Positions 9,400 through 20,450 of a stretch of DNA of 32,000 nt are shown here, piece by piece. The stretch comes from Prochlorococcus marinus subsp. pastoris str. CCMP1986 (GTDB lineage: Bacteria > Cyanobacteriota > Cyanobacteriia > PCC-6307 > Cyanobiaceae): assembly GCF_000011465.1 (NCBI RefSeq), contig NC_005072.1, forward strand, positions 660,001-692,000, given 5' to 3'. Within the stretch, counting starts at the first letter, position 1. Each line of letters starts with the position of its first letter. The notes under the pieces were generated by a model. The model made no database searches. It was not told the origin of the DNA and saw only the letters and a program-made list of their open reading frames with translations. The position numbers and the translations under genes were made by a program.

Positions 9400-10128
9400 A
9401 TGGCTGCTAAAGAACATAAAAGTTTGCAAGGATCAAAGATTCTTCTGATAGAAGATGATAAAAGTATTAGGCTTACTGTTACTGAATCATTAATAAGTGA
9501 AGGTTTTGAAGTATCAAATTTTAAAGATGGGTCTAGTGCTTTAGATTTTATTTTGGGAGAAGGAATAAAAGATTTTGATCTTATCCTTCTGGATTTAATG
9601 TTGCCAGGCTTAAATGGGTTAGAGTTATGCAGAAAAATAAGAAATGAAGAATTATATACACCTATATTGATTTTGAGTGCAAAAGGAAATGAATCGGATA
9701 GGGTTCTTGGCTTAGAAGTAGGAGCTGATGATTACCTAACAAAGCCATTTGGGATTAGTGAATTAATTGCTAGGTGCAGAGCCTTACTAAGAAGGTCTAA
9801 AAGGGGTAAAGAAAAGAAACAAAAAATTGAAACGATAATCGAATATAAAAATATTAAGATGTTTACAGAAGAATGCAGAGTAACAAATTTTAATCAAGAA
9901 ATAATATTATCTCCAAAAGAATTCAAATTATTAGAATTATTTATCAAAAATCCTAAAAGGGTATGGTCTAGGGATTTAATACTTGAAAAAATATGGGCTA
10001 TAGATTTTATAGGAGATACAAAAACTGTGGATGTACATGTTAGATGGCTTAGAGAAAAACTAGAAGAAAATCCCTCCGCGCCAAAAATTATAAAGACTGT
10101 TAGAGGTTTTGGATATAGGTTCGGATGA
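9400..10128 (+). CDS. phoB: Phosphate response regulator PhoB (OmpR/PhoB winged-helix family)
   Basis: Receiver domain (EDD, LLDLMLPGLNG, KPF) and winged-helix trans_reg_C domain; followed by a histidine kinase within a pst-containing island. Track start is TTG 9385; ATG 9400 with upstream GGAG is preferred. Confidence 0.92.
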   Translation: MAAKEHKSLQGSKILLIEDDKSIRLTVTESLISEGFEVSNFKDGSSALDFILGEGIKDFDLILLDLMLPGLNGLELCRKIRNEELYTPILILSAKGNESDRVLGLEVGADDYLTKPFGISELIARCRALLRRSKRGKEKKQKIETIIEYKNIKMFTEECRVTNFNQEIILSPKEFKLLELFIKNPKRVWSRDLILEKIWAIDFIGDTKTVDVHVRWLREKLEENPSAPKIIKTVRGFGYRFG

Positions 10129-11273
10129 AAATTAAATCGCTTCAAGAATTAGTATTGTTCTTTCATGAAAAGTGGAAGATTAAAGTTAAAAAATTTCATA
10201 AAAGAGAAGATAAAAATTTACTAACTAAAAAAAGATATAAGGAGTTTATTGACTTTCCCTTTGAAAAAATTCCTCCTTTTGAAATTTTATCTTGGTTGGA
10301 TTATTCTTCTCAGGGATGGATTATTTTATCATCAGATTTAACTATCAAATATATCAACGATAAAGCTTTAAAACTTATTAGGCGCATTAAGTGTAAGGAT
10401 GTTATTGGAAAAGCAATAAATGATATTAGTGAATTAGAAATTTTAAGAGATAAAATTCTTTATTCAAGAAAAAAAGATTTACCCTGCTATTTAGATTTCA
10501 ATATCTTTGGCGATCCAATTAGTGCAAGACTAGTAAAAGGAAGAAAAAAAACTTTTTTAATAGTACTAGAAAGTAAGTTATCTATTGAAGCATTAAAAGA
10601 TAGACAAACTCAACTAATAAATGATGTTTCTCATGAATTGAAAACCCCCCTTACATCTCTTATTCTTATTGGAGAAAGATTGGAATCAACCGTCTCAAAA
10701 AAAGATAAATACCTTATTAAAAGGCTTAAAAAAGAATCTAAAAGATTAAAAAAAATGGTTGAAGAGACATTAGAACTTTCGAAATTAAATAATAGTTTTT
10801 CTTACTCAACAAATCAAAAAATTGTTATTGGAAAATTAATTATTGAAACTTGGGAGACATTAAAGCCACTTGCAGAAAAAAAAGAGGTCAATATAAATAT
10901 CAAGTGTTTAGATAAGTATTTGATTTCAGGTGATTATCAGAATTTAAAAAGAGCTTATATAAACATTATCGATAATGCTATTAGATATTCACCTAATAAA
11001 GAGGAAATTAAAATTGAAATTTTTAGAAGAGATAGTTCTGTGGTTATCAAAATTCGTGACAATGGGGTAGGTATAGAAGATGGCGATTTTAATAAGGTTT
11101 TTGGACGTTTTTATCGAGGAGATCCTTCTAGGTCAAAATTTAAAAAAAGTGGAAGCGGACTAGGTCTTTCAATAACAAAAACAATAATCACTAACAATAA
11201 AGGATTTATTAAGGCCTACAATAATAAAGATGGCGGGGCGACTATAGAAACTATATTTCCTTTAGTTAAATAA
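10125..11273 (+). CDS. phoR: Phosphate sensor histidine kinase PhoR
   Basis: PAS-like region, H-box VSHELKTPLTS, N/G boxes (NIIDNAIRYS, DNGVGI, GSGLGLS); ATG overlaps the phoB stop. Confidence 0.92.
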   Translation: MKIKSLQELVLFFHEKWKIKVKKFHKREDKNLLTKKRYKEFIDFPFEKIPPFEILSWLDYSSQGWIILSSDLTIKYINDKALKLIRRIKCKDVIGKAINDISELEILRDKILYSRKKDLPCYLDFNIFGDPISARLVKGRKKTFLIVLESKLSIEALKDRQTQLINDVSHELKTPLTSLILIGERLESTVSKKDKYLIKRLKKESKRLKKMVEETLELSKLNNSFSYSTNQKIVIGKLIIETWETLKPLAEKKEVNINIKCLDKYLISGDYQNLKRAYINIIDNAIRYSPNKEEIKIEIFRRDSSVVIKIRDNGVGIEDGDFNKVFGRFYRGDPSRSKFKKSGSGLGLSITKTIITNNKGFIKAYNNKDGGATIETIFPLVK

Positions 11274-11289
11274 CATTTGAAAATAATTT

Positions 11290-11616
11290 TTAAAAGATTT
11301 CGGGGCATGATTTTTCTGCTATAAACCTTTTTAAATTCAAAACACCCTCCCTTGTAAAAAGAATACTACCTTCTTTAAGATCATCTGCCCAATAAGAATC
11401 CTTTTTCCCAATAGCTAACCAGAGCCTATCGGGTAAAGTTGGCATATACATGCTTTCGAAAGCCGAAGTGTCGATATTATTTTCTTCTTTCATATCTTTG
11501 CATGCTTCAATCATTAGTTTAGGTCGATTTAAATAATGCCTAACACCCTGCCAATAATATTTTGTTTCAGCTTTAGCTGGATTAGTTAAAAAAAGAATAA
11601 ATAGTAAATATTTCAT
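11290..11616 (-). CDS. Secreted/periplasmic hypothetical protein (108 aa)
   Basis: N-terminal signal peptide with AKA-type cleavage site; coding-like. Confidence 0.7.
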   Translation of the reverse strand: MKYLLFILFLTNPAKAETKYYWQGVRHYLNRPKLMIEACKDMKEENNIDTSAFESMYMPTLPDRLWLAIGKKDSYWADDLKEGSILFTREGVLNLKRFIAEKSCPEIF

Positions 11617-11651
11617 ACCTAAATTTTAATTAAACTAAAAGAAATTGATGA

Positions 11652-11684
11652 AAAGATACCACCTGTTTATAAGGTGGTATCTTT
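11652..11684. terminator. Intrinsic terminator hairpin
   Basis: Perfect 12-bp stem AAAGATACCACC / GGTGGTATCTTT. Confidence 0.85.
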
Positions 11685-11692
11685 GTTTGATT

Positions 11693-13975
11693 TTAAATTT
11701 TTCCTATATTTAGGAAAAGTGTTTCTCCTGTTGATTTCTTTCCAGTTCCATCATTATCAGTTGAGATCCAGGCTTGACCATCATTATTAATGGCTAATCC
11801 TTCAACCTTTTCAAGAATAAAACCACCAGTGGATTTCATTACTGGTTTTAGATCAGTAACCAATTCTTTTTCAACTAAAGGATAAAGTCTTGGAGGCATA
11901 GTAGTTTGAAGACCTTCGAAAACTACACCATCTAAATCAACTTTATATATGGCTTTTAGCTTTGCCTTTTTACCATAAAAACTATCTCTTTCAATAACGT
12001 AAAGAGCTCCGTCATGATAGGTCAACTCAGAAATCCCTACGCCACCCTTTTTGATTCTATCTAATTGATAATTTACAGCCCCCCATTGCTTACTTATAAG
12101 GTTATAGGAAAGTATTTTAGTTGTATTGAAAGTATCATCACCCCATGGTTTTTGTTGAGCAATATAAAGGATATTTCCATTTCTTGTTATTCCTTCGAAA
12201 CCAGGGTTTTTAGCATAATTAAGATATGAAGGCGGTGGAGTTATCTTCTCTAAAATGTCACCCTCTGAGCTTACATGGTAAATAGCGGGTGGATGTTCAG
12301 TTAGTTTTTTCTTGATTCCTTCGGTAGATATATAAAACCCACCCCTCCCATCAGTTGTAATACCCTCTTGATCCATAAATAAAGCTGTTTTGCCATCAAG
12401 CTTTATATCTATAGCTCTTTCTAGTAAAGCTGGTGAACTTGAAGGATCAATTACATATATTCTTGGCTGAGTTTTAAATGTTCCATCATTTACAGCATAG
12501 ATTTTTCCGTCTTCACCAGAAACCATTCCACTTATAGCTCCCCAAGAAACAAATTCAAGGCCATTTTCATTTGTTAAATGTGGGTAAGAAGCTGGCGCGT
12601 CTTGCAGTTGATAAATAGTCACATGAGATGATAAACCAGGCTCTTTTTTGTTGTAGTCTTTTTCATTTGCTGATGCTATTAGACCTCTATCAGGAATAGC
12701 AACAAATCCTTCTGGTCCAATTCCGGAAGGTAATAGTTGAGTCAATACTGGTTGACTTAATTCTGTTATATCGTAAACAGCTACTATTCCTGCTCTTTCT
12801 GCACCAACGAATAAATACGGTGTACCATCAATTTTACCGAATGTAACTGATTCAGGTTCTACACCTTTTTTGCCAGCTCTCCCATCTTGGAAATGACCTA
12901 TTTGGGCGATTGATCTTTCTAATCTATTTGCATCCTCATATACTACTGTTCCATCTTTTTTGAAAATAGTCCAAGATCTTGATCCACCTCTTTTTGCTTG
13001 TCCAGGAGCTTTATGTTTATAGTCCCCTTCGTTCGCTGTTGCAAAATGATCGTTATCTATCCATGTCAGACCGTCTGGTTCTCTTCTTACATTTTTTAGC
13101 TTTTTCTTGAATTTATGAGCACCATCTTTCTTTGTATCCATACCAGCCATTTGTTTTACAATGCCAGCTGTAAAATGTGAAATAACTTTACCTTCTTTAT
13201 CGATAACTGCAAGATGGTTATTCTCTTGAATAGAAACTACAGTTTCACCAAGATCATTAATTGCAACAAATTCAGGTTCTGGATCACTTGGGGCGATACT
13301 TGCTAATCCAGTTAAATCTACCTTTTTAATAGAATTACATTGTATTTTTCCTTTTTTATTTAGCTTTACAAGAGAAACATATCCAGCAGGGTTAATCTGT
13401 TTCCCATCTTCATCTAATTGAGGAATCTGTCCATCTTTATACTCTTCATCTCTTTCATTTTCTATTGCAACTGCTAAAAACGAACCATCTGGTGAAACAA
13501 AAACGCTGTCAGGTTGCCCACCAAGATCACATTCTTTTACCGCTCTTCTTTTGTCTAAATTATATTGAACTAAAGCTCCTGATGGATTGGTATAGCTTTC
13601 AGATGTATTTGATCCTATGTATATATTATTTCCTAAAGCAGCAATTCCAGTTGGTTCTGCTTCAAGCTCTACAATCCCAAGGGCTTTTGGTTTTGCAGGA
13701 TCAGAAATATCAACTAAACCAACTACCCCTAGATCACTATCTGTATACATCAATGTCTTTCCATCTTCTGAGGCTGTAACTACTTCAGAAGATGTTTTGG
13801 TTGTAGATTTTGATCCCTCTGGTAAATTTTCACTTACATTAAAAGAAGAAATTCTGTTAAAGTTTTTTTCATTTGTCCAATACTTTGTGTTCCAACTTGC
13901 AAATCCACTAGTTGTAGATGAGGCGACAATTGCAAGTAATGCTGAAAAACTTACAGCAGCTAATTTTTTTTTCAT
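11693..13975 (-). CDS. Secreted esterase-like phytase / beta-propeller protein (candidate phosphatase)
   Basis: Signal peptide; N-terminal repeats with LVIVD/choice-of-anchor flavour; C-terminal region with EGITTDGRGGFYISTEG, NPGFEGITRNGNILYIAQQ and EGLAINNDGQAWISTDND, typical of phytase-like (esterase-like activity of phytase) domains. Confidence 0.85.
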   Translation of the reverse strand: MKKKLAAVSFSALLAIVASSTTSGFASWNTKYWTNEKNFNRISSFNVSENLPEGSKSTTKTSSEVVTASEDGKTLMYTDSDLGVVGLVDISDPAKPKALGIVELEAEPTGIAALGNNIYIGSNTSESYTNPSGALVQYNLDKRRAVKECDLGGQPDSVFVSPDGSFLAVAIENERDEEYKDGQIPQLDEDGKQINPAGYVSLVKLNKKGKIQCNSIKKVDLTGLASIAPSDPEPEFVAINDLGETVVSIQENNHLAVIDKEGKVISHFTAGIVKQMAGMDTKKDGAHKFKKKLKNVRREPDGLTWIDNDHFATANEGDYKHKAPGQAKRGGSRSWTIFKKDGTVVYEDANRLERSIAQIGHFQDGRAGKKGVEPESVTFGKIDGTPYLFVGAERAGIVAVYDITELSQPVLTQLLPSGIGPEGFVAIPDRGLIASANEKDYNKKEPGLSSHVTIYQLQDAPASYPHLTNENGLEFVSWGAISGMVSGEDGKIYAVNDGTFKTQPRIYVIDPSSSPALLERAIDIKLDGKTALFMDQEGITTDGRGGFYISTEGIKKKLTEHPPAIYHVSSEGDILEKITPPPSYLNYAKNPGFEGITRNGNILYIAQQKPWGDDTFNTTKILSYNLISKQWGAVNYQLDRIKKGGVGISELTYHDGALYVIERDSFYGKKAKLKAIYKVDLDGVVFEGLQTTMPPRLYPLVEKELVTDLKPVMKSTGGFILEKVEGLAINNDGQAWISTDNDGTGKKSTGETLFLNIGKI

Positions 13976-14014
13976 TTATTGCATATGAAAATACTAATTA
14001 ATCTTCCCTTTCTA

Positions 14015-14055
14015 AAGTTAAGAACAAAAAATACATTTATTAAGATCAATTTAAG
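14015..14055 (-). promoter_or_regulatory. Candidate PhoB box array upstream of the phytase-like gene
   Basis: Octamers AAGTTAAG (14015-14022), TTATTAAG (14037-14044) and AATTTAAG (14048-14055) in 11-bp register (ends 22, 44, 55), 40-80 bp upstream of the ATG at 13975. Confidence 0.6.
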
Positions 14056-14075
14056 GTTTTAAAAATATAAGCAAA

Positions 14076-14109
14076 AAAAAAAGACCTATCGCTAGATAGG
14101 TCTTTTTTT
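14076..14109. terminator. Intrinsic terminator hairpin downstream of the porin gene
   Basis: Perfect 15-bp stem AAAAAAAGACCTATC / GATAGGTCTTTTTTT with a 4-nt loop. Confidence 0.9.
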
Positions 14110-14136
14110 GTGTGTAAGATTTTCTAATTAATTTAA

Positions 14137-15495
14137 TTAGAATGAGAATGATAGGAATGAACCAAATCCAGTAGTGTTATCTGAACCTGCTACTTCAGAA
14201 ACGTAAACAAAAGGAGTAACACTCATACTGTCGTTAAGTGGATATTCGTAAGAAAGATCGTATGCATAGACGTCTGTTGTACTGTCTTTCATTTGACCAT
14301 TAGTTCCAACGTTTGCACTTAATGTACCTTCGCCTACATCACCACTGATTCCAAAAGCCCACTGAGTTGTGTCTTCCCCTGTACCTTCTGGAGTACCGAA
14401 TTCAAAACCACCACTAAGTGTAGTTGGTAATCCTTCAGGACTGTAATAAGCAGTTAAACCGTAGTAGCTGGCTGTGTCTTTATCAGAGTAAGCTGCTGTG
14501 AAGCCGTATGAATCTGTCTCATAACCAACAGCTAAGCCATAAGCGTCAGAACTTTGTTCAGTGAACAAACCGGTACCATCTCCACCAGATACACCTATTC
14601 CAAGTTCAAAACCATCTCCAAATCCAGTTGAAGCACTAAATGATGTATCACCACTTAAGTCAACAGAGTTTGCAGCGCCACAATCACCTAAGTTGTCAAC
14701 CATGTTATTCATGGAACATGCATTAGGCCAAGTCTTGGATGCATCCATAGAATGACCAACTGCCATATCCCAAGAACCTACAGGGAAAGAGTAGTTAATG
14801 TCGTCAAGCTTTAGTACGTCAGCGTTACCTGAACCCCAGTCTAAACCAACCTTGTCAGCACCAACATTTGTTAGACCATTTCCAGTTTCAATCTCAATGT
14901 TTAACTTATCTTCACCTGTGAAGCTTGTATTAAAGTCAACTTCAAGGATGTATTCAAACTGAACTGTATCATTGTTGTTAAGCCCAGTTTGACCACTCGC
15001 TGAATCAGTTGCACCTATTAGGAACCCTGCTCCAGCACTCATAGTAGTAGTTTCTGAAAACTGTCCAGCTTCAAATTCGTTAACACGAGCTTCAAGGCCA
15101 TCAACTCTTCCCTTCATAATTGCCAACTCAGAACCAAGTTCGTCACTTAAGCGATTAATCATTGATCCGTTCATCATTCCTTCTCCGCCTGCAAGAAGAT
15201 CATCTGATTGAATTACTGAATTCAAAACAGCTGCAGCTTGGATACGAGAAATTGATTTACCGTTGAAGATTGAAGAATCAACATTATTTGTTTTTGTTGA
15301 TAATTCTTTTAAAGATTCATAAGTCCAATCTCCTGGAAAGAACTCATTACTTTGGAAGTCGCTCATAGAAGCAACCTTTGAAGAATCAGAGTAACTGTTA
15401 AGATCAATTGAATTGATCTCTGCAGCGTTAACTGCAAAACCAGTACTCATAGATATAACTGCAGGAACTGCAATTAATTTTTGAAATAATTTCAT
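14137..15495 (-). CDS. phoE: Phosphate-stress-associated outer membrane porin (Som/PhoE-like, SLH-type N-terminus)
   Basis: Signal peptide, SLH-like and coiled-coil N-terminus, beta-barrel C-terminus ending in FLSFSF; adjacent to pstS and phoBR. Confidence 0.85.
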   Translation of the reverse strand: MKLFQKLIAVPAVISMSTGFAVNAAEINSIDLNSYSDSSKVASMSDFQSNEFFPGDWTYESLKELSTKTNNVDSSIFNGKSISRIQAAAVLNSVIQSDDLLAGGEGMMNGSMINRLSDELGSELAIMKGRVDGLEARVNEFEAGQFSETTTMSAGAGFLIGATDSASGQTGLNNNDTVQFEYILEVDFNTSFTGEDKLNIEIETGNGLTNVGADKVGLDWGSGNADVLKLDDINYSFPVGSWDMAVGHSMDASKTWPNACSMNNMVDNLGDCGAANSVDLSGDTSFSASTGFGDGFELGIGVSGGDGTGLFTEQSSDAYGLAVGYETDSYGFTAAYSDKDTASYYGLTAYYSPEGLPTTLSGGFEFGTPEGTGEDTTQWAFGISGDVGEGTLSANVGTNGQMKDSTTDVYAYDLSYEYPLNDSMSVTPFVYVSEVAGSDNTTGFGSFLSFSF

Positions 15496-15551
15496 GTAAA
15501 GTCACACACTTTTAAAAATGGATGTTAATCCAAACTTTTTATAACTTTGTA

Positions 15552-15570
15552 AGGTTAAGAAATTTACAAG
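15552..15570 (-). promoter_or_regulatory. Candidate PhoB box upstream of the porin gene
   Basis: On the minus strand CTTGTAAA-TTT-CTTAACCT: two octamers 11 bp apart, 57 bp upstream of the start codon. Confidence 0.6.
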
Positions 15571-15728
15571 AGTTGGTAAAATAAAGCTATTTTTAACTAG
15601 CCCTTAATCATTTCTTATATTGATTGACATATTTTTAAGTCTTGTATTCAAATTTAAAAATATTTGAAAATAAATTTCTCAGAAATTCTTTTAATAAGTT
15701 TTAGAAACCTAACTGAATAAAGCTTGGT

Positions 15729-15777
15729 ATAAGATAAGTTTAAGAGAAGATTAATTAGCTATTAATTATTAAATAAG
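15729..15777 (+). promoter_or_regulatory. Candidate extended PhoB box array upstream of pstS
   Basis: Five pentamers at exact 11-bp spacing: ATAAG (15729-33), TTAAG (15740-44), TTAAT (15751-55), TTAAT (15762-66), ATAAG (15773-77). Confidence 0.55.
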
Positions 15778-15853
15778 CTTAAGAAAACCATTACTAAACA
15801 AATACATAAGATGCTATAAATATGGAGTCTTTCAACATTTTAAAACAAGACTT

Positions 15854-16825
15854 ATGAGCATTGCAAAGAAAGCTCTCCTATTCACTTCTGCGCTAGCTCT
15901 TATAGCTGGTCCAAGTGTAACCGCTTCAACAAGATTGAGTGGAGCTGGTGCTTCATTTCCAGCAAAAATCTATACTAGATGGTTTTCTGATTTAGCAAAA
16001 TCAGGTGGACCAAGAGTTAATTACCAGGCAGTTGGTTCTGGTTCTGGAAGAAAAGCATTTATTGATCAAACTGTTAACTTCGGTGCATCAGATGATCCAA
16101 TGAAAGATAAGGATATTGCAAAGGTTACTAGAGGTCTAGTTCAAATTCCTATGGTTGGTGGAACTATTGCTTTCGGATACAACTATGATTGCGATTTAAA
16201 ACTTACTCAAGAACAAGCAGTACAGGTTGCAATGGGTATGGTTAAAAACTGGAAAGAATTAGGTTGTAAAGCCGGCAAACTAACTTGGGCACATCGCTCT
16301 GATGGTTCAGGAACTACTAAGGCTTTCACAAACTCTATGGAAGCATTTTCACCAACATGGACTCTAGGAACTGGTAAATCAGTTAAGTGGCCAGCAGGTG
16401 TTGGAGCAAAAGGAAATTCAGGTGTTGCCGGTGTAATTCAAAATACTCCAGGTGCAATTGGTTATGTTAACCAGTCCTATATTAAAGGTAATGTTAAGGC
16501 AGCAGCACTTCAGAATTTATCAGGTGAATTTTTAAAACCATCTGTTGAAGCTGGAGCTAAAGCTCTTAACGGCATTACTTTAGATGAAAATCTTGCGGGT
16601 AAGAATCCTAATCCAACAGCAAAAGGTGCATATCCAATTGCTTCTCTAACATGGATACTTGCTTATGAAAAAGGCAATGGTAGAAATACTAAAGCTATCA
16701 AGAAGTCATTAAGCACACTTCTAAGTGATGAATATCAAGATAAAGCTCCAACTTTAGGATTTGTTCCACTTAAAGGAGATATCCTTGAGAAATCAAGAGC
16801 TGCAGTTAAGAAAATTGGTAGATAA
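15854..16825 (+). CDS. pstS: Phosphate ABC transporter substrate-binding protein PstS
   Basis: GAGASFPAKIYTRWF, GSGSGRKAF, RSDGSGTTKAFT motifs. Confidence 0.98.
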   Translation: MSIAKKALLFTSALALIAGPSVTASTRLSGAGASFPAKIYTRWFSDLAKSGGPRVNYQAVGSGSGRKAFIDQTVNFGASDDPMKDKDIAKVTRGLVQIPMVGGTIAFGYNYDCDLKLTQEQAVQVAMGMVKNWKELGCKAGKLTWAHRSDGSGTTKAFTNSMEAFSPTWTLGTGKSVKWPAGVGAKGNSGVAGVIQNTPGAIGYVNQSYIKGNVKAAALQNLSGEFLKPSVEAGAKALNGITLDENLAGKNPNPTAKGAYPIASLTWILAYEKGNGRNTKAIKKSLSTLLSDEYQDKAPTLGFVPLKGDILEKSRAAVKKIGR

Positions 16826-16847
16826 TATTTAAAAAATATATTTACAT

Positions 16848-16872
16848 AAAGGGAGAAATTAATTCTCCCTTT
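16848..16872 (+). terminator. pstS terminator hairpin
   Basis: Stem AAAGGGAGAA / TTCTCCCTTT followed by a T-run. Confidence 0.88.
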
Positions 16873-16874
16873 TT

Positions 16875-18101
<1,227 letters not shown>

Positions 18102-18131
18102 TTAAATACTCTAATTTCTAAAAATTAGTTT

Positions 18132-19391
18132 TTATGGTGATGATAAGCTTTGTTTGATTGATGGTAATTTAAGACTCGAAATCCAAGATAATAATATTAG
18201 AAGTGATGAAAAATAAAGACAATATTGAAGACCAATACTTGGATTTCTCCCAATCATAAATAGTAAGCCAGATAGTAATGTTCCAACTAGTCTTCCAGAA
18301 GCATTTGCCATGTAATAGAAGCCAACATTTAAACTGACTTTTTCATTATCAGAGTATGCCAAAATCATATAAGAATGTGTAGAAGAATTCATTGCAAAAA
18401 CAAACCCAAAAATAGTTAGTCCTAAAATTATTGCTATTGATGGAGAACTTTCTCTCCATAATGCGATTCCTATCAAAGATGGTATGACCATTAATACGGC
18501 ACTCCAAAATTGGATAGCTTTACGATCTGGACTTTCTTTCTGGCCCCACATTTTTCTAATTGCTGGAGCCGAAGCCTGAACAATTCCATAACCTATTACC
18601 CAGGCCCCAAGAAAGAATCCTATTTCCATGTAGTCCCAACCAAATGCCATATCAAGGAATACTGGAAGAGCTACAACAAACCAAACATCTCTTGCTCCAA
18701 AAAGAAAGAATCTTGCTGCTGAAAGAATATTTATGGCATCTGATTTTGAGAAAAGATCATTAAAAGCTGGTTTGGTTTTCATCTTGCCAATTTCTCCAGG
18801 TAAAATTAATGTCAATAAAAAGGCTAAGCAGAGTCCAAAACCCATAATCCCTACAGCATTATTGAATCCAAATAACTTATATAACAGTCCACCCAAGAAA
18901 AAACCAACTCCTTTAAGGGCATTTTTAGATCCAGTTAAAATAGCAACCCATTTAAAAAGTTGTTTTTGGCTAGTATCATTGCCATTATTTGTCTTTGGAA
19001 CAACTGTCTTAACAGCACTTTTAGCACTCATTTTATTTAAATCTTTTGCTATCCCACTGACTGCTTGAGCAATCATAACGTATGCGACACTAAATATTAC
19101 TGGCCAATCCTCCTTAACTGGAATAAGCATAAAAAGGGCAATGATTTGAAGGATAGTCCCAATCCATAAAGTAAGCCTTAAACCATATCTTGCTCCTATC
19201 CAGCCACCATATAGATTAGTAATTATTCCAAAAAACTCATAAAAAAGGAAAAGTAAAGCAATTTGCAGAGTTGTATAACCTAGTTCATGAAAGTGACCAA
19301 CAACTAATAATCTTAATGCGCCGTCAGTAAGCGTGAACGCCCAATAGTTTGCTGTTACAACACTATATTGTTGAATATTAGATAACTTCAT
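18132..19391 (-). CDS. arsJ: MFS transporter ArsJ (organoarsenical / 1-arseno-3-phosphoglycerate exporter)
   Basis: MFS protein with FYEFFGIITNLYGGWIGARYGLR and adjacent dedicated gap gene; characteristic gap-arsJ pair. Confidence 0.9.
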   Translation of the reverse strand: MKLSNIQQYSVVTANYWAFTLTDGALRLLVVGHFHELGYTTLQIALLFLFYEFFGIITNLYGGWIGARYGLRLTLWIGTILQIIALFMLIPVKEDWPVIFSVAYVMIAQAVSGIAKDLNKMSAKSAVKTVVPKTNNGNDTSQKQLFKWVAILTGSKNALKGVGFFLGGLLYKLFGFNNAVGIMGFGLCLAFLLTLILPGEIGKMKTKPAFNDLFSKSDAINILSAARFFLFGARDVWFVVALPVFLDMAFGWDYMEIGFFLGAWVIGYGIVQASAPAIRKMWGQKESPDRKAIQFWSAVLMVIPSLIGIALWRESSPSIAIILGLTIFGFVFAMNSSTHSYMILAYSDNEKVSLNVGFYYMANASGRLVGTLLSGLLFMIGRNPSIGLQYCLYFSSLLILLSWISSLKLPSIKQSLSSP

Positions 19392-19402
19392 AAAGACATA
19401 AA

Positions 19403-20425
19403 TTAAATCTCTTTTTTGATTACATATTCAGTAAGATCTGCAAGCCTGCAGCTGTAACCCCATTCGTTGTCGTACCAAGCGTATATCTTTAATAAATTTG
19501 AATTAACAACCATTGTTGATAAACTATCAACTATTGAACTTCTAGAGTCATTTACATAATCTGCAGAAACTAAAGGTCTTTCTTCGTAACCAAGAATTCC
19601 TTCTAAATATGTTTCAGATGCTTTTTTAAATTCATTATTTACTTGCTCTTCAGTTACAGCATTATTTAATTCAAAAACTGCATCTGTTAAAGAACCATTA
19701 AGTAGAGGAACTCTTACTGCATGGCCATTTAATTTTCCTTTTAATTCTGGGAAGATCTCAGCTATTGCTTTAGCAGATCCAGTAGTAGTAGGTATTAAAC
19801 TTTGCATACATCCTCTTGCTCTCCTCAAATCACTTTTATAAAAATCTACAGGAACTTGAGTGTTCGTGACATCGTGAATAGTTGTAATAGCGCCATGTTT
19901 AATTGAGAAATTTTCATTAATTACCTTTACTATCGGAGCTAAACAATTTGTAGTGCAGGATGCTGCAGTTACTAATTTATGTTTGGAAGGGTCATAAAGA
20001 TTTTGATTTATACCGTAAACAATATTAAGTGATTCAGCTTCTGCAACAATTCCTTTAACTGGACAAGCTACTATTACTCTTTTCATTCCAAGAGAATCAA
20101 AATAGGGATTTAGTTTGTCTGGCTTTTTATTCTTTCCTGTACATTCCAAAATAATATCTACAGAAGATTTTTCCCAAGGTACATCAAGGTAATTTTTAAA
20201 AGATGTGTAGGCTAATTTCTTTCCATCAATTATTATTTCTTCTTCTTTAACCTTTATATCTTTCACCCATCTACCATGGACTGAATCAAATTCGAGTAGA
20301 TGCGCAGCAGCATTCGAATCTCCTGCCATCTCATTTATATGAGTTATTTCTGTATCAGCTCTATCCCATAATGCTCTGAAAACTAATCTGCCAATTCTTC
20401 CAAAACCATTAATTCCAATTTTCAT
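19403..20425 (-). CDS. gap: ArsJ-associated glyceraldehyde-3-phosphate dehydrogenase
   Basis: [28 protein letters not shown]; immediately upstream of arsJ. Confidence 0.95.
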   Translation of the reverse strand: MKIGINGFGRIGRLVFRALWDRADTEITHINEMAGDSNAAAHLLEFDSVHGRWVKDIKVKEEEIIIDGKKLAYTSFKNYLDVPWEKSSVDIILECTGKNKKPDKLNPYFDSLGMKRVIVACPVKGIVAEAESLNIVYGINQNLYDPSKHKLVTAASCTTNCLAPIVKVINENFSIKHGAITTIHDVTNTQVPVDFYKSDLRRARGCMQSLIPTTTGSAKAIAEIFPELKGKLNGHAVRVPLLNGSLTDAVFELNNAVTEEQVNNEFKKASETYLEGILGYEERPLVSADYVNDSRSSIVDSLSTMVVNSNLLKIYAWYDNEWGYSCRLADLTEYVIKKEI

Positions 20426-20450
20426 AACTTTGAAATTTTCTATTTAAATT

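Noticed and set aside
8762-10145. Minus-strand ORFs 8762..8989 and 9894..10145
   Set aside because: Antisense shadows inside the K+ channel/TrkA-N gene and phoB/phoR, which carry clear conserved motifs.
13465-14755. Plus-strand ORFs 13465..13779, 13617..13988 and 14561..14755
   Set aside because: Antisense to the phytase-like gene and the porin; compositions mirror the real coding strand.
18510-19068. Plus-strand ORFs 18510..18722, 18560..18763 and 18733..19068
   Set aside because: Antisense to arsJ, which is unambiguous as an MFS transporter.
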